Below, in pieces: positions 13,398 through 27,853 of a DNA stretch of 64,000 nucleotides. The notes below the pieces were generated by a model. That model saw only the letters and a program-made list of their open reading frames with translations, was not told the DNA's origin and did not search any database. Made by a program: the position numbers and the translations under genes. Location of the stretch: positions 86,986,001 through 87,050,000 of the forward strand of contig OX597822.1 of NCBI GenBank assembly GCA_951406725.2, written 5' to 3'. This stretch comes from Octopus vulgaris (Eukaryota). Numbering within the stretch: the first letter of the stretch is position 1; the number at the start of each line of letters is the position of its first letter.

Positions 13398-16300
13398 TCA
13401 ATATCTTTTCTTCTTAGGGTCTACTTTTAGGAATTCAGTGTTCTTTCTTTTCCTTGCATGTGTGGTTTCGACTTCTTGTAACAATGTTGGAACCTGAAAA
13501 GTGTCACATAGCCAATCCATTGGTATTTCTTCTCTTGTTGGTTCCTTTTCTATGACTCTTTCCTTAAGCTGATTTCTATATCTCCTTTCCATTCCATTTC
13601 TGCTTCTTACACCTTATATCATTCTATGTATGTATGCTACAATTTCTCCTTCCCCATATTGCTTGTCAGTTTTGGACATTCTTACATATGCCTTATCATC
13701 AATTCTAAAGAATTTTGGTATGTCTTTACTAGCATGTATTTTTTTCTTCACTGGTAACAGTATTAATTCTGCTGGTGAACAGCCTTCTGGCACATTTGGG
13801 TCTGGAGTTACCCTGTATACCCTTAAGAATTGTTGGGTCACAACCTTGTCTGTGGCTTTCTTATTAGCTTTCTTTAAAGCTCTCTTAAAAGTGTCCTTGA
13901 ACTGTTCGGCACTTCCATTCGATCTAGGGTGATACGGTGCTGTAGTTTTATGTTCTAACATGAACATCTCACAGGATACAAACTGTGTTCTGTTATCAGA
14001 GACAATTACATCTGGTCACCAAATCTTGTGAACAACTCATGTAAGAAGTTTATTACTGAATATGAGGTTGGTCGTTTACACCTCACGATCTCAGGCCATT
14101 TTGTGTAGCTGTCTACTACTATTAAGTAATAATATCCATCTACCAGGCCTGCAAAATCAATATGCAATTGGGACCATGGTATTTTCTCTTCTGACCAAGG
14201 TTCACATTTTGTAGCTGGTAGTTTCACTACCAGTGCACATTCTCTGCAAAATTCCTTGTCCATATTTGGCCAGTATATGAAACTTAGCATCAACGCTTTC
14301 ATTCTAGAGATACTTGGTGTCCCACATGGAACTTTTATAACATTTTTTCTGTAATATCTGTGGTATGACCAGCCTCTGAGAGTACATTAGTACACCATCA
14401 CATACAGAGTACACATTCACATCTTGGTGGTTCTTTGCATCAGACCTTTCTTTATTTCCTTTTGTTGACCACAGTTTTCTTTTTGTCTTATTAATGAATT
14501 TGTCCTTGATGTGTGAGCTATGGCCTTTCTTCTACCATTGTTATCCTTGTATAGGAGTACAGCTCCTGTCCCATACTCACTAGCATCTGTAGCTAATATT
14601 ATCTCTAACTTTGGGTTGAAATATGAAAGATGCAAGTCTGAAGTTAACACATTTTTTAACTCGTTAAGTGCTATCTGGCATTTCTCTATCCAAACCCATT
14701 TGGCATTTTTTTTTTTAATAATTCATTAAGTGGTGCCTTTACCTTATGTAAGGATTTACACTTGGTAATAATTTACCAAGCTTAGAAATGCTTGTAGCAT
14801 TGTCATGTTCATCTAGGGTGACATATTTTATATTGCCATCACCCTTGATGGGTCCAGTCTGCATCCACTTTCGTTGATTACTGGACCTGGGTATCTTATT
14901 TTTCCCATCAAAAATTCACATTTTTCTTTTGTCAGCTTTATGACTTCAATGTGTTGCACCTGAGACTCATTCTTAATCAAAATGTCATCAAGGTACATGA
15001 TGGCAAAGTTGCAATCACTTAACATCGCATCCATTTTTTGTTGGAATGTGGTGGGTGCCACTTTTACTCCAAATAGCAGTTGTTTGAACTTGTACAATCC
15101 ATGGTGCATGTTGATTGTTAGTAGATGTGTGCAATCTCTAACTGAACATGAAGGTGTGCCTCTGAAAGTTCTAACTTCGAGAAAATTTTTCCTCCTTTTA
15201 GTTCAGCAAATACTTCTTCTGGGCTTGGTAGTGGGTAATTGTGTGTGAGTAAACAGTCGTTTAATCTGGTTGAGAAGTCTGTGCACACTCTTAGCCTATT
15301 AGTATTTTTTTTATGTAGACCACCAGTGCTGCCCAGTCTGCATGGACAATCTTTTCAATTATATTCAGGCTCTCCAATCTTTCTAGTTCCTTATTGACCT
15401 GGTCTAAAGCAGCAAACGGTACATTCCGTTTGGGCCTGAAAATAAGTTTTGAATTTTCTTTGATAGCAATCCTTGTTTTTGTTTTTGTGCAACAGCCTAA
15501 ACCTTCTGAAAAACTTTGGAGAAAGTTCCTTTCATTTTTTGTCTCAGTTCATTGACCTCATTCGATTGTTTGACTGCTCCATTTACATTATTGCACAAAA
15601 CACTTGTGGATGTATCTCATAAATTAAATTTCTCCATACTTTTGATGCCAAATAAATTCATGGATTTTTTCAACACATAAACATTCACATTTTTTGGTTC
15701 GACCTTTGAACATTATACTACAAATATGTTTGCCCATGAAATATAATTTTCTTCCCATAACACCATACGCTATTTTGTTTGGACACCTTAATTTTGGTTT
15801 ACCCATTTGTTCCCATGTTTTCTCATTTATGATTGTGATGTCACTTCCCATGTCTAATTGCATTCTGACACTGGTGGTTTCCATTCTCACATTCACAAAT
15901 TTTCTGTTTGTTGTAGTCACAACTTTTCCTGCTGCCAAACTATTTATATTTTCTTGTTTGTTCCATTTTCCTATCATTCTAGTTTTGCAGGGGGATTTTA
16001 TGCCCTGTAAACCCACAGCAAAAACACTTTCCTTTTTCATATGGGCAATCTTTTTTCAGGTGCATCCCACCACATGCCATACATGGGTCTACATCCTGAT
16101 ATTTTTTCTGTTTTTTCTGCAATGCTTGGTCTTCCAACTTTTTTGCACTGGTCTTACATGGAAACACTCTTTTTATTGAATTTCTTCCATGTCATACCTT
16201 AATTTTAATATCATGTCACACTCTTCCAACAATGTCAAATCCTGGTTTATTTCCAGTTTTGCTAGAATTTTCATTTGGATTTCTGCATCCCTTTTATCTG

Positions 16301-16546
16301 TTAATCCTTGTGCAAAAATCAAACACTTGAAAGTATCTGGAGTAAGCATATCCTTGAGTTGTTGTTGTTGCAACTCAACTACCCCAGCTAACAAGTCTTC
16401 CATATTTTACAATTTTCATAAGTTTGCACAACAAAATTCTTGTTTCTTTTTTGTCAAGGTATTTAATTTTCTATGCAAATTAGTTTAAACTCTCTGTGTG
16501 AATGTTTTTTTTCACTCCACATAAATTTGTTGTTCCTCCTCACCAC
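13398..16546 (-). mobile_element. Ty3/Gypsy LTR retrotransposon internal region (gag-PR-RT-RH-IN), degenerate
   Basis: Ordered motifs: gag knuckles CMACGGMHLKKDC and CFCCGFTGH; protease MQLDMGSDITII; RT LLFGVKVAPTTFQ and YLDDILI; RNase H LATDASEYGTGAVL; integrase YWPNMDKE..CREC, HIDFAG, VVDSYTKWPE, APYHPRSNGSAE. Integrase after RNase H is the Gypsy order. Many stops and frameshifts. Confidence 0.95.
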
Positions 16547-16849
16547 TGTTGTAAATTGGATTCCTCCCACTGGTGTGATGCATGACTGCCATTGTACTGT
16601 AGTGGCTGTTTTACGCTAGTAGCCACAATAGTTACTAGTCATTGGATACCGTTGTATCTCTTCGTACCAAAATAGTGATACACTAACTTCTTCTGTCTTA
16701 TTATTGCTGATAGCTCCACAAGACACCAACTAGAGCTGTCAACTCTCAACTCTTCGACTCTCGACCTTCTCTTGACAACTGGCTACTGGTCTATTTATAA
16801 TGGCTAACCACTTTTTACCGGGAGAGGTATACAGTTTCACTATACAACA
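16547..16849 (-). mobile_element. 5' LTR of the Gypsy element
   Basis: 303 bp with inverted termini TGTTGTA...TACAACA, TATAAAT on the minus strand near 16793-16799, and an adjacent PBS-like gTGGTGAGGAG just inside (16546 downward). Confidence 0.85.
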
Positions 16850-18139
16850 GTTTCATATTTAGAGAGAAATCCCTTAACAATTATCAAGCATGCCACATGG
16901 AACATCAGTGTTTGTCTCCAACTTGGATTAAAACACTTGAAATTATATAAGATCATGAGAAAATGTGAAATTTTAGGTAAACAAGCGAATATCTTTTAAG
17001 TCATTATTTCCCTTGCCTCAAAATTAGATTCAATCCATTTTGAATTTTCTGCATACATATACATACCTGTATTAATATTTTAAATGTGTGCATTTAATAG
17101 TTCCTATTTACATACATGTGCACCTGGTTGCAAAGTTTCATATATTTATCACATTTTTGGGGGGGTCAAATTTTTTACAGTGTTGCTATGTAATTGTGTA
17201 TATATTCATAAATTTGTATCTATATATGTATATATATATATATAATCAGTCTATAGAACCATGTGATGCATGTGCATGCATACACAAGTACACACATGCA
17301 CATACCTACGCACATACCCACATACACTTTTATATATATATATATATATATAATTATAAATAACAAGAGAAATATACCATGATAAAATTCATTTTACTAT
17401 TGGATATTCTTATTTAATGACAATTGTTTCGTAACTTGATAAACATGTATAGAGAATTTACTTTATCATATGTTATAATAAGTAATTTATTACATGTCTG
17501 CATTAATATATATGTACAATCTTTAAATTAATGCAGATAATAAGCTAGCTCTTCAGATTAAAAGAAATCCATGTTATGTTGAGGTATTGAAAGCTATGTT
17601 AAAAATAATACCTCAACATAAAATGTTGATCTTTCAAAAAGGGTATGTTTATGCAGACTGAATGGGATTCTTTGCAGGCATCATTAACTGTTTTATTTTT
17701 GTAGATTTTGGAAAGTTTGTAGAAGAAACTGGTTTTGGCTATAAGATTTGTTAAATAATCAATTTTTGTATTCGCTAAGCATTTTCTGTGTTGGTTATGA
17801 TAATGTTGGTAGTTCTTCACATTTTTATAGTGTTCAGTTTCTTGAAGTAGAGTTAATGGGGCATTTTTGCACTGTTCCATATTCATAATAACTACAGCAC
17901 TTCCCTAATTAGCTTCTTTTATAACTATGTTATTATTGTTTTTTAGGTCATATATAGTTTTCCATTTTGTGTTCAACTAGTGTTGGACTTCGGTTTAAGA
18001 AGTGGAAGTTCATTGTAAAGCAAGGTGGATATAAACACACATGAAATTTGTCTTGTGTTTTGTTTCTCCCTTTCGTTGAGTTGTAACTGTTTTCATTTCA
18101 CACAATGCATGTATATTTTGTGCATATATATATATATTT

Positions 18140-19344
18140 AAGGAGAAAGGAAAGTCTTCCCAATGGAAGGAGCAGCTATCCTAGTTAACAGCAGTATGAT
18201 AGTTAAGGTAATTAAGGATATGAAGAATGGGAAAGTCCCTGGTCCATCAAGAATCACCAGTGAGATGCTTACGCTATCCGGCAGAGTAGCACACAGCCTA
18301 GTCCCCTGTATAGTTAATCAGGTTGTACAGGAAAGTGTCATACCCAATGAGTGGTATAGCAGCATTATAGTCAATTGTTACAAGGGTAAAAGAGATGCCA
18401 GGAGAGAAGTAATTAGAGAGGTATCAAATTGCAGGACCAGGTGGAAGTTACAGAGAGAGTTATAACCCTCTTAATGAAGAACAGAATTAGACAAGATGTG
18501 ATGCAGCTTTGCTTCATGTGGGAGGGATGCAGAGGGCTATTGATGTCATCTTCTTAGTCTACAGGAGAAGTATTTAGCTAGAAATAAGCCATTGTACTTG
18601 GCATTTGTTGATCTGGAGAAAGCTCTCAACGCAGTCCTTGGCTCTGTTATCTGGTGGTCTCTGAAGAAGCTAGAAGAAGACAAATGGCTTGTGAATGCCA
18701 TTCAAGCCATGTACAGGGTGCAGTCAGTGAGGTGGAAGTTAGCCATGGGTACAGTGATAAATTTAGGGTATAGGTAGGAGTTCACCAGGACTTGGTTCTC
18801 AGTCCACTCCTATTCATCATTGTCCTTCAGACTATAACAGGAATTTAAGACCAACTGCTCTTGAGAACTATTATATGTCAGTTCATTTACCTCATTCTCA
18901 TAGCAGGATCTATAATAGTATTAGAATAGAAATTCCAGGTGTGGAAGCAAAACCTGAAGAAAAAGTTGTGTAGGGCTTAAAGTTAATTTAGCAAAGACAA
19001 GAGTTCTAGTAAGCAAGAAAGCAGACAGAACTCCACTCCCCTCAGGTAAATGGCTCTGTTTGATAGGTAGGAAAGGTGTAAGCAGGAATTCCAGGAAGGT
19101 TAACAAAGAAAATAGTTTTCTATTGGGGTGGTGTGCTGGAACAGTAAATCTTAAGGACAAATGGGAAATAGATTTTCTTGAATACCCTGAAAGCTCTCTA
19201 GAGGTAATAGATTGTCTCAATTACCTAAGTAACTGAGACAATTAGCAGTGGAAGAGGATGTTCTGAAAGTATAGTTGCTAGAAAAAGAATTGGATGGAGA
19301 AAGTTCAGATAGCTATTACCTCTGTTGGCCACAACAGGTCTCTT

Positions 19345-19410
<66 letters not shown>

Positions 19411-19815
19411 GAAGCTTGTGTACAGACAGTAACACTACATGTAGTGAGACATAGCCCCTGAATGCAGCTGACATGCAAAGATTAGAAAGAAGTGAAGTAT
19501 GTGCTGTTGAATGTGCAATGTCAGTGTGCAAAAGTGTAAATGTGTTGAGAAAAAAATTTGGTATAAGAGAAATCAGATGTCGTGTGCAAGAGAGACAATT
19601 GAGCTGGTTTGGTCCTGTGATGCATATGGATGTGGACAGCTGCATAAAACAGTACCAGTTGCTTAATGTGAGTGGAAGTTGTGGAAGAGAGAGATCGAGG
19701 AAAACATGGGACAAAGTAGTGAATGATGATCTCAAAACACTGAACCTCACAAAGGGGGTGACAAAGACAAGATGACTGAAAATTCACTGTACTCCAGAAG
19801 ACTTGTCCCCTACAG
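18140..19815 (+). mobile_element. RTE-clade LINE ORF (RT domain to C-terminus), 5'-truncated and decayed
   Basis: MKNGKVPGPSRITSEML, IPNEWYSSIIVNCYKGK, LAFVDLEKA, VGVHQDLVLSPLLFIIV, LSWFGPVMHM and RKTWDKVVNDDLKTLNL. Interrupted by (CT)n at about 19340-19406. Confidence 0.92.
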
Positions 19816-20984
19816 CAAAAATAATGTCTTAAAAGCAAGCATTCTGTTATTACTTTTATGCTTGTAACCCATTCTACTTCAAAATACATTGCCCACATCT
19901 CATTCTTCTAAAACCCATCTTTGCATCACTCTTCTGTCTAGGGCAATTCCTAGTAACTGTAATCTCTCTCCATTCTGACATGCATGCATGCATCTATGTA
20001 TGTGTGTATGTGTGTGTGTGTGTGAGTACATATATATGTGTGTGTGTGTATGTGCATGTATGTAGGTGTATACATATGTGTTTCCTTGTCTTGCATGTGA
20101 ATTGTAAACAAACATCACAGTTGTACAAACAGTGTCTTTTGTTTTCAATCTTTGTTGAAAACATCTACCCATGGGGAAATATTGCCCTACTAGGAAACAA
20201 GTAAGGGTTAGAAAGGGAAAGGGCATTTGACCATTGAAAAATCTGCCACAAAAAAGGTTCTGTCCAACCCTTGTGATCAGGGCAAAATGTATGTTGATAA
20301 TGATGATATGTGTGTATATATGTGCAAATGTGTATGCGGTAGGTACATGCAATACATACAGATACACACATGAATATAAATCCAGACAAGTTGTCTAAAG
20401 TACAAACACCTCCACAGTTGCATACATGAATGCTTTTCATTAATGCTTAAATGAACTGAATTTCAATCAATTTTAATTGTTATTTAATAATTATTGTAAT
20501 TCAGATATATGTGGACTAGTGGCAGTATACAATGAAGGTTTCCTCCAAGCAGAGAGAATTATATAATACCCATACATTGCACAACTTCAATAAGTTAGGC
20601 ATAGGAAGGTTTCATCCATTGAGAAATTATATTGTTGTTTCCAAGCAGAGAGAAAGAGAGAGAGAGAGAGAGAGGTAAAGCAGGGGTGGATAGAGAGAGA
20701 GGTTTCAGAACAATTAACAAAGAAGAGAAAATAATAATAATAATAGTAAAGGATAAAGGGTGGGGAAAGGATAGATAGATATATCAATAGGTAGATAGAT
20801 AGATAGATAGAGAGAGGTTTTCAATTTGGTGTTGTCAATTCATTGAAATTTCATTTCAAAGTATTTTTCTTTTTTTTCTTTTTTCTTTTTCCATTGTATA
20901 CTTATCAACATATTTATAAATAAGCACATCTTCTCTGAAGGGTTGGTGACCTTTAACATTGTTTTTGTATTTTTGTTTTTTTAA

Positions 20985-22080
<1,096 letters not shown>

Positions 22081-22680
22081 GTAGGAATGATGGTACTTCT
22101 GCAAAAATAGAAAGGCACCATATTAGTTCTCAGGCAATTCAAATTCTTAAAATCAAACTACTAAACAGAATATGTACTCCCGAGGCAGGTGAGTTGCTTT
22201 TGAGAAAAAGTTTGAGAAAACAATGTTGGATACACATAAGTTGTTACATATTACAAAGACTTACCGTCAACTACAGAATTGCTCCAAGGCTGGGTGGGAG
22301 CTCATACCATTCACATCTGTGCTTCACAACACATAAGTACATTGCAAGCATTTACTTTGCCCCCAGCTGACCAAAGACTCAAAACCATTCACCTTTTAAA
22401 GATATCTGGATAAATTTAGTTACACCATCATAAGTATATTTCATTAATGTAAGGTGATTGTTAGTTACATAATGGGAATAACATAATCAAGGCATATTGT
22501 CAAGTCTTCAGAGATGTGTAACTTGTATGCAGAACATCCTTGGGTTGAAAAGTTGAGGATGGAATCAGCCACCATGAAGATGCAGTCACTAAATATCTTA
22601 TAAACAATCTCTTGAGTTTTTTTTCATTTTCTATACATAGTCTGAAACACCCACATCCAAGAATGATAACAAATGATATA

Positions 22681-23204
22681 CCGTAAATCCTCGAGTAATA
22701 ATCCTCATTTTTCCCCAAAATTTAAAGGTCAAAATCCCTAGTGCGTACTATATACGAGGTTAAAAATAAAAGATATTTTCTAAGCAATGTCCAAGTCTCT
22801 ATTTGCTGTCCAGCAATGTTTATTCAGACGCATTTTGTGATGTCGGACGTGAAAATACCTAAATTCTCTTGGGTGGCTTTACAGAGCAAATTTCAGATAA
22901 AAAGAAAATGGAAGCAATGAAGTCATAAAAGAATCATCCATAACTTGCAGTAAGCATAGCATGTAACAAAAACAATTTGCAAACATATTTACATTTCCAT
23001 ATAACAGTTAAGAACGTCACCATTATTGTATTACACATGCGTGGAGGTGTTTGTTTGATTAGGTGCTGCTGGCTTAATTACACACAACTCAAGTTAGAGA
23101 AAAGGTGCGTATTATACACAAGGTTTAGGTTTTTCAGATGTACAGTCCCCTAAAAATCCCCTGCGTATTATACTCAAGGGCAGACTATACTCAAGGATTT
23201 ACGG
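22681..23204. mobile_element. Tc1/mariner-superfamily (Tc2/pogo-like) MITE
   Basis: 17-bp TIRs ccgtaaatcctcgagta / tactcaaggatttacgg (1 mismatch), TA on both flanks, no ORF. Confidence 0.9.
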
Positions 23205-23304
23205 TAAGTACAATAACAAAAAATGACAATAACACAAATGGAAATTCGTATGGAATTCTAAATACTGGTTCTTTGGTGCACAACTGAAAATTTAAATTGC
23301 ACTC

Positions 23305-23980
23305 ATCATCATCATCATCATCGTTTAACGTCCGTTTTCCATGCTAGCACGGGTTGGACGGTTCGACCGGGGTCTGGGGAGCCAGGGGCTGCCCCAGGCT
23401 CCAGTCTGATCTGGCAGTGTTTCTACAGCTGGATGCCCTTCCTAACGCCAACCATTCCGCGAGTGTAGTGGGTGCTTTTTACGTGCCACCTGCACAGGTG
23501 CCAGAGGGGTCTGGCATCGGCCACAATCGGTTGGTTCTTTTTTATGTGCCACCGGCACAGAAGCCAGTCAAGGCGGTGCTGGCATTGGCCACGTTCGGAT
23601 GGTACTTTTTATGTGCCACCGGCACAGAAGCCATTCGAGGCAGGGTTGGCATCGGTCACGGTCACGTTCGGATGGTGCTTTTTATGTGCCACCGGCACAG
23701 AAGCCATTCGAGGCAGGGTTGGCATCGGTCACGGTCACGTTCGGATGGTGCTTTTTATGTGCCACCGGCACAGAAGCCAGTGGAGGCTGCACTGGCAACG
23801 GCCACGTTCGGATGGTGCTTTTTATGTGTCACCGGCACAGGTATCACAACTACTGTTTCCATTGATATTTGGTTCAATGTTCATGTAGATGCACTTGACT
23901 CAACAGGTCTCCTCAAGCACAGCGAGATGTCCCGGGATCCCACGATCGGTTGGTGCTTTTTATATGCCACCGGCACCAGT
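23305..23980 (-). mobile_element. Young RTE 3' UTR copy with an internal tandem array
   Basis: (CAT)n tail at 23305, CpG-retaining UTR, and seven copies of ggtgctttttatgtgccaccggcac, mostly about 60-73 bp apart. Confidence 0.9.
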
Positions 23981-24156
23981 GTAATATTTCTTCATAGCCA
24001 AACATTTTCACAAAATATTTGGAAATGAATGACAGCGACGCTCATAACTATCAAGTGATGTCAAGGCAAGGACACACACACACACACTGCATACGTGTCT
24101 ATATATATATATACATTTTTATATGTATATATATTATATATGTTTATATATTTATA

Positions 24157-24212
<56 letters not shown>

Positions 24213-26199
24213 CATACATATTTATGAATATTTTAAAAAAGGATGGAAAAGTAAGGTGAAAGAGAAGAGATCATGGAGGAAACAGTAGCATATTTTGGTG
24301 GTTTGGTGGCTGTAGTGTGTAAGGGGTTAGGTTTGCTTATTAACTGGATGAAGTCAGGAATATGTGTGTGTGTAACATCTGCAACATCCTAAATCTATGT
24401 TGGCTGCTGTAGTGCAGGATGCACTTTTCTCTTGTTTAGCTGTTAAGAGAAGCCAAGCTTTTAAGATGCAGTTTTAAGATTGTCTGTGATTAGGCAACAT
24501 ATTGTTTGTAGGGAATGTGTTGGTAGTGTCTTCAGTTTTTCTTGGTACGTGTAATACCCATGTATTGAAAGGGTTTTGGTGAAAGAAATTAAGCTGTGTG
24601 TGCAACAAGGGATTTTTTAAGTCCTCTGTTCCTAAAAGTAATACCTGTCTTCTATGAGGTGTTTTGGTTGCATGAAGAATGCATGTGTAGGAAACAGGAA
24701 GTAGCATCTAATCAGAATTAACAGCCAGGAAACCAATTATATAATAGTGATATATATTGATTTATATAATATTGATATAAAAGAAGGGTGTGAAGGACAT
24801 AACTGAACTATGAAGCATCTCAGAATTGATAGATTAGAGAGAGAATCTCTTCCAATAAATTCTTCAATGCTAACAGTTTATCAGGAGATTAGAGATGAAC
24901 TCAGTCAGGACATTTGATCAGGTTCTTGTAGCAGACAAATTAGAGGAAATTATATACATCATCAGTATTAACGAACCTAGTCTTGAGATGGCTGGAATTA
25001 ATTATATTCTGTTTTGAATTCACTTCAATTTCCCATCCAGTTTGCAGTGTTGTTCAGAAAGACATAAGTCAATCGTTTTATATGTTTCTCAACTCACTCC
25101 TAATTTGACAATAAGGTCTGGCAATGTTCTCACAAGTTTCCTCCTAGTGGAATTAGTGAAAGATAATGTGGCATTCATAAATGTTACTCAATTAGTCATG
25201 GGTTTGTTAGTAATTTTTAGTTTGTTTATAAAGAAAAATTATAAAACTGTTTAATGAATGGACAACATTCCATTTTCTTTTTATCTGAAATTTGCTCTGT
25301 AAAGCCACCTGAGAGGATTTATGGTTTTATTTTCAGTAGTGAATTCATTGCTTAAAATGTCACTTTTCTTAAAGAAACAGTTATGTGAAATGATGTGAAA
25401 AGTATTGAAGATAGGAAATATTTGATTAAGAGCAAATGCAGTTATTATAAATTTACTAGTAATTAATAACTTTAGAAATATAAAATTTTGTTTGAGAAGA
25501 ATATAATAAAACTACATAGCATATTGTTTGTAATAGAGAAGTGGCTAAGTATACCAATCTATGCATCATAGATAAACAATAATATTGTAGATAAAGTATG
25601 GTGTTAAGCATTACTGATGTTAATATCTGTCCTAGTTTCATTGACATCATTACTTTAGATGGAAGTCAAGATTTTAATATTGTCAGGAAGTTAAATCTGG
25701 TGCTGTTGCAAATAAAAATAGTAGATTTTTACAGCTAGTATGATGTTGGATATGAAAAGTTTAGTTAAAGCATCTGTCTTCTAGTGAAAATAAATCATGT
25801 TTTTTGTGGTTAGCAAGAACTAACAGCAGTTTTAAATTCAGATCATTTCTTTTTAAACAAACTGGATAAATTAACCGAGTTAAATTAGTCAGCTTTCTTC
25901 CTGGATCTTTTTATTTCTCTCAAGTTTTACATGTATAAATCAGAACTCCTTTCAACTTTTAACATGAAATACTTTATCAAAGTCTAGAATTGCCCCAGCA
26001 TCTCTTATTATGGCTGGATATGCCAAACACACAAGCACACACATATGTGCACGCACACACACACACACATACACACACACAGCATTCTAAATGATGAGAG
26101 GTGCCTCTTCACTTGGTTTAACTTCATCTGAAGAAGCAGGTGTTTACCACTGAGGTTCCAGAAATACAAGCCAATGGACCAATGTAAATAAAATGTATA

Positions 26200-26316
<117 letters not shown>

Positions 26317-26339
26317 GCAGTAGGTAAAATAGCACAAAT

Positions 26340-26695
26340 GTACAAGTGACAGTTTATGTGACACCAGTACCCATGAGCCCTGAAGGCAAGGACTCCTCAA
26401 CTGAGGAAGGGATGTAAAGATCATAGCTGTATGTATGGACAGCCACAGTTTTACTTAGCTTCGAATGTCTTCTCAAGCACAGAAAACCATCAGAAGTTTC
26501 AGTCCCTTGTCATCTCCTCTGTCTGGGGATCCTTTCTCACTGCTTCATCCCATGTCTTCCTGGGTCTACCCCTTCCTCTGGTTCCCTCCACAATTAGAGA
26601 TTGGTACTTCTTTAAGCAGCTGTCCTCATCCGTATGCATCGCATGACCCTACCAGCTCAGTCTTCTCTCTTGCACATTACACCTGATGCCTCTCA
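26340..26695 (-). mobile_element. RTE LINE ORF 3' end fragment
   Basis: Minus strand reads ...VQERRLSW*GHAMHTDEDSCLKK...VEGTRGRGRPRKTWDEAVRKD. Confidence 0.85.
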
Positions 26696-26860
26696 TGATA
26701 AATGCATGAGGTTCGAGAAGGAATTATTTGAAGCAGGATTTTACCGATTCTCTTACTGCCACCAACCTTTATCTATGTTCAAGTTAGGAAGGGATTATTT
26801 TTATTCTTGAGGTCTTTGTAAGCATAGTCAACATCAACCAATGACAACCATATCAACCAC

Positions 26861-26896
<36 letters not shown>

Positions 26897-27143
26897 TTAT
26901 CATCATCATCATCATGATGCCATGCTGCTATGGGTTGGATGGTTTAACAGGGTTCAACAGGTTGGAGGACCTCATTTTTCTCCTAGGCTTAATTTTTGGC
27001 ATGGTTTCCATGGTTACAGGATGTACTGGGTGCAGCTTTTCATGCTATCAACTCTATAGAGTTTGCTTTGCCATTAGCAAGACTGAAGAAAACTCTCAAG
27101 TCATGTGTTGTCACTACTTGAATCAATAATCAATCACTTAGTG

Positions 27144-27853
27144 CAGGGGTCACCAAACTTTTTGCTAGGTGTGCCAGATAACTGAGGGAGTGACGAATGT
27201 GGGCCACATAATCATTTTGTTCAATACAATACAGTGAATACACAAAAAAATAAAGACAACCAACATATTTATTTACCAAAAAGTTATCAAAGAAGGTGAC
27301 ATTAGCAATAAGATAGTCATATCACACCCAGTGTGCACATAGGCGCAGGAGTGGCTGTGTGGTAAGTAGCTTGTTTACAAACCACATGGTTCCGGGTTCA
27401 GTCCCACTGCATGGCACCTTGGGCAAGTGTCTTCTACTCTAGCCTCAGGCCGACCAATGCCTTGTGAGTGGATTTGGTAGACGGAAACTGAAAGAAGCCC
27501 GTCGTATATATGTATATATATGTATATATATATATGCGTGTGTGTGTTTGTCCCCCTAGCATTGCTTGACAACCGATGCTGGTGTGTTTACGTCCCCGTT
27601 ACTTAGCGGTTCGGCAAAAGAGACCGATAGAATAAGTACTGGGCTTACAAAAGAATAAGTCCTGGGGTCGAGTTGCTCGATTAAAGGCAGTGCTCCAGCA
27701 TGGCCACAGTCAAATGACTGAAACAAGTAAAAGAGTAAAGAGTGTATCACAACCAGTGTGCACATATCTGCATCTCACAAACTAAGCAGCAAAAAAGGTA
27801 CAGTGTGGCAGCAGACCGGATCTGGCCCATGGACCGTAGTTTGGTGACTCCTG
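27144..27853. mobile_element. hAT (Charlie-like) MITE containing a nested SINE
   Basis: TIRs caggggtcaccaaact / agtttggtgactcctg (1 mismatch), with a perfect 8-bp TSD acttagtg at 27136-27143 and 27854-27861. Confidence 0.93.
27342..27744 (+). mobile_element. SINE family A, full length, young
   Basis: tRNA-like head, internal (TA/TG)n and aagagt tail. A 22-bp TSD tatcaca(c/a)ccagtgtgcacata lies at 27320-27341 and 27745-27766. Confidence 0.93.

Noticed and set aside
22085-22194. Consensus donor cag|gtgagt at 22188
   Set aside because: No convincing acceptor or recognisable peptide upstream.
23354-24028. 224-aa repetitive ORF, or a CRISPR-like repeat-spacer array
   Set aside because: It is the antisense of an RTE 3' UTR. 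The spacers are related to each other, the context is eukaryotic and there are no cas genes.
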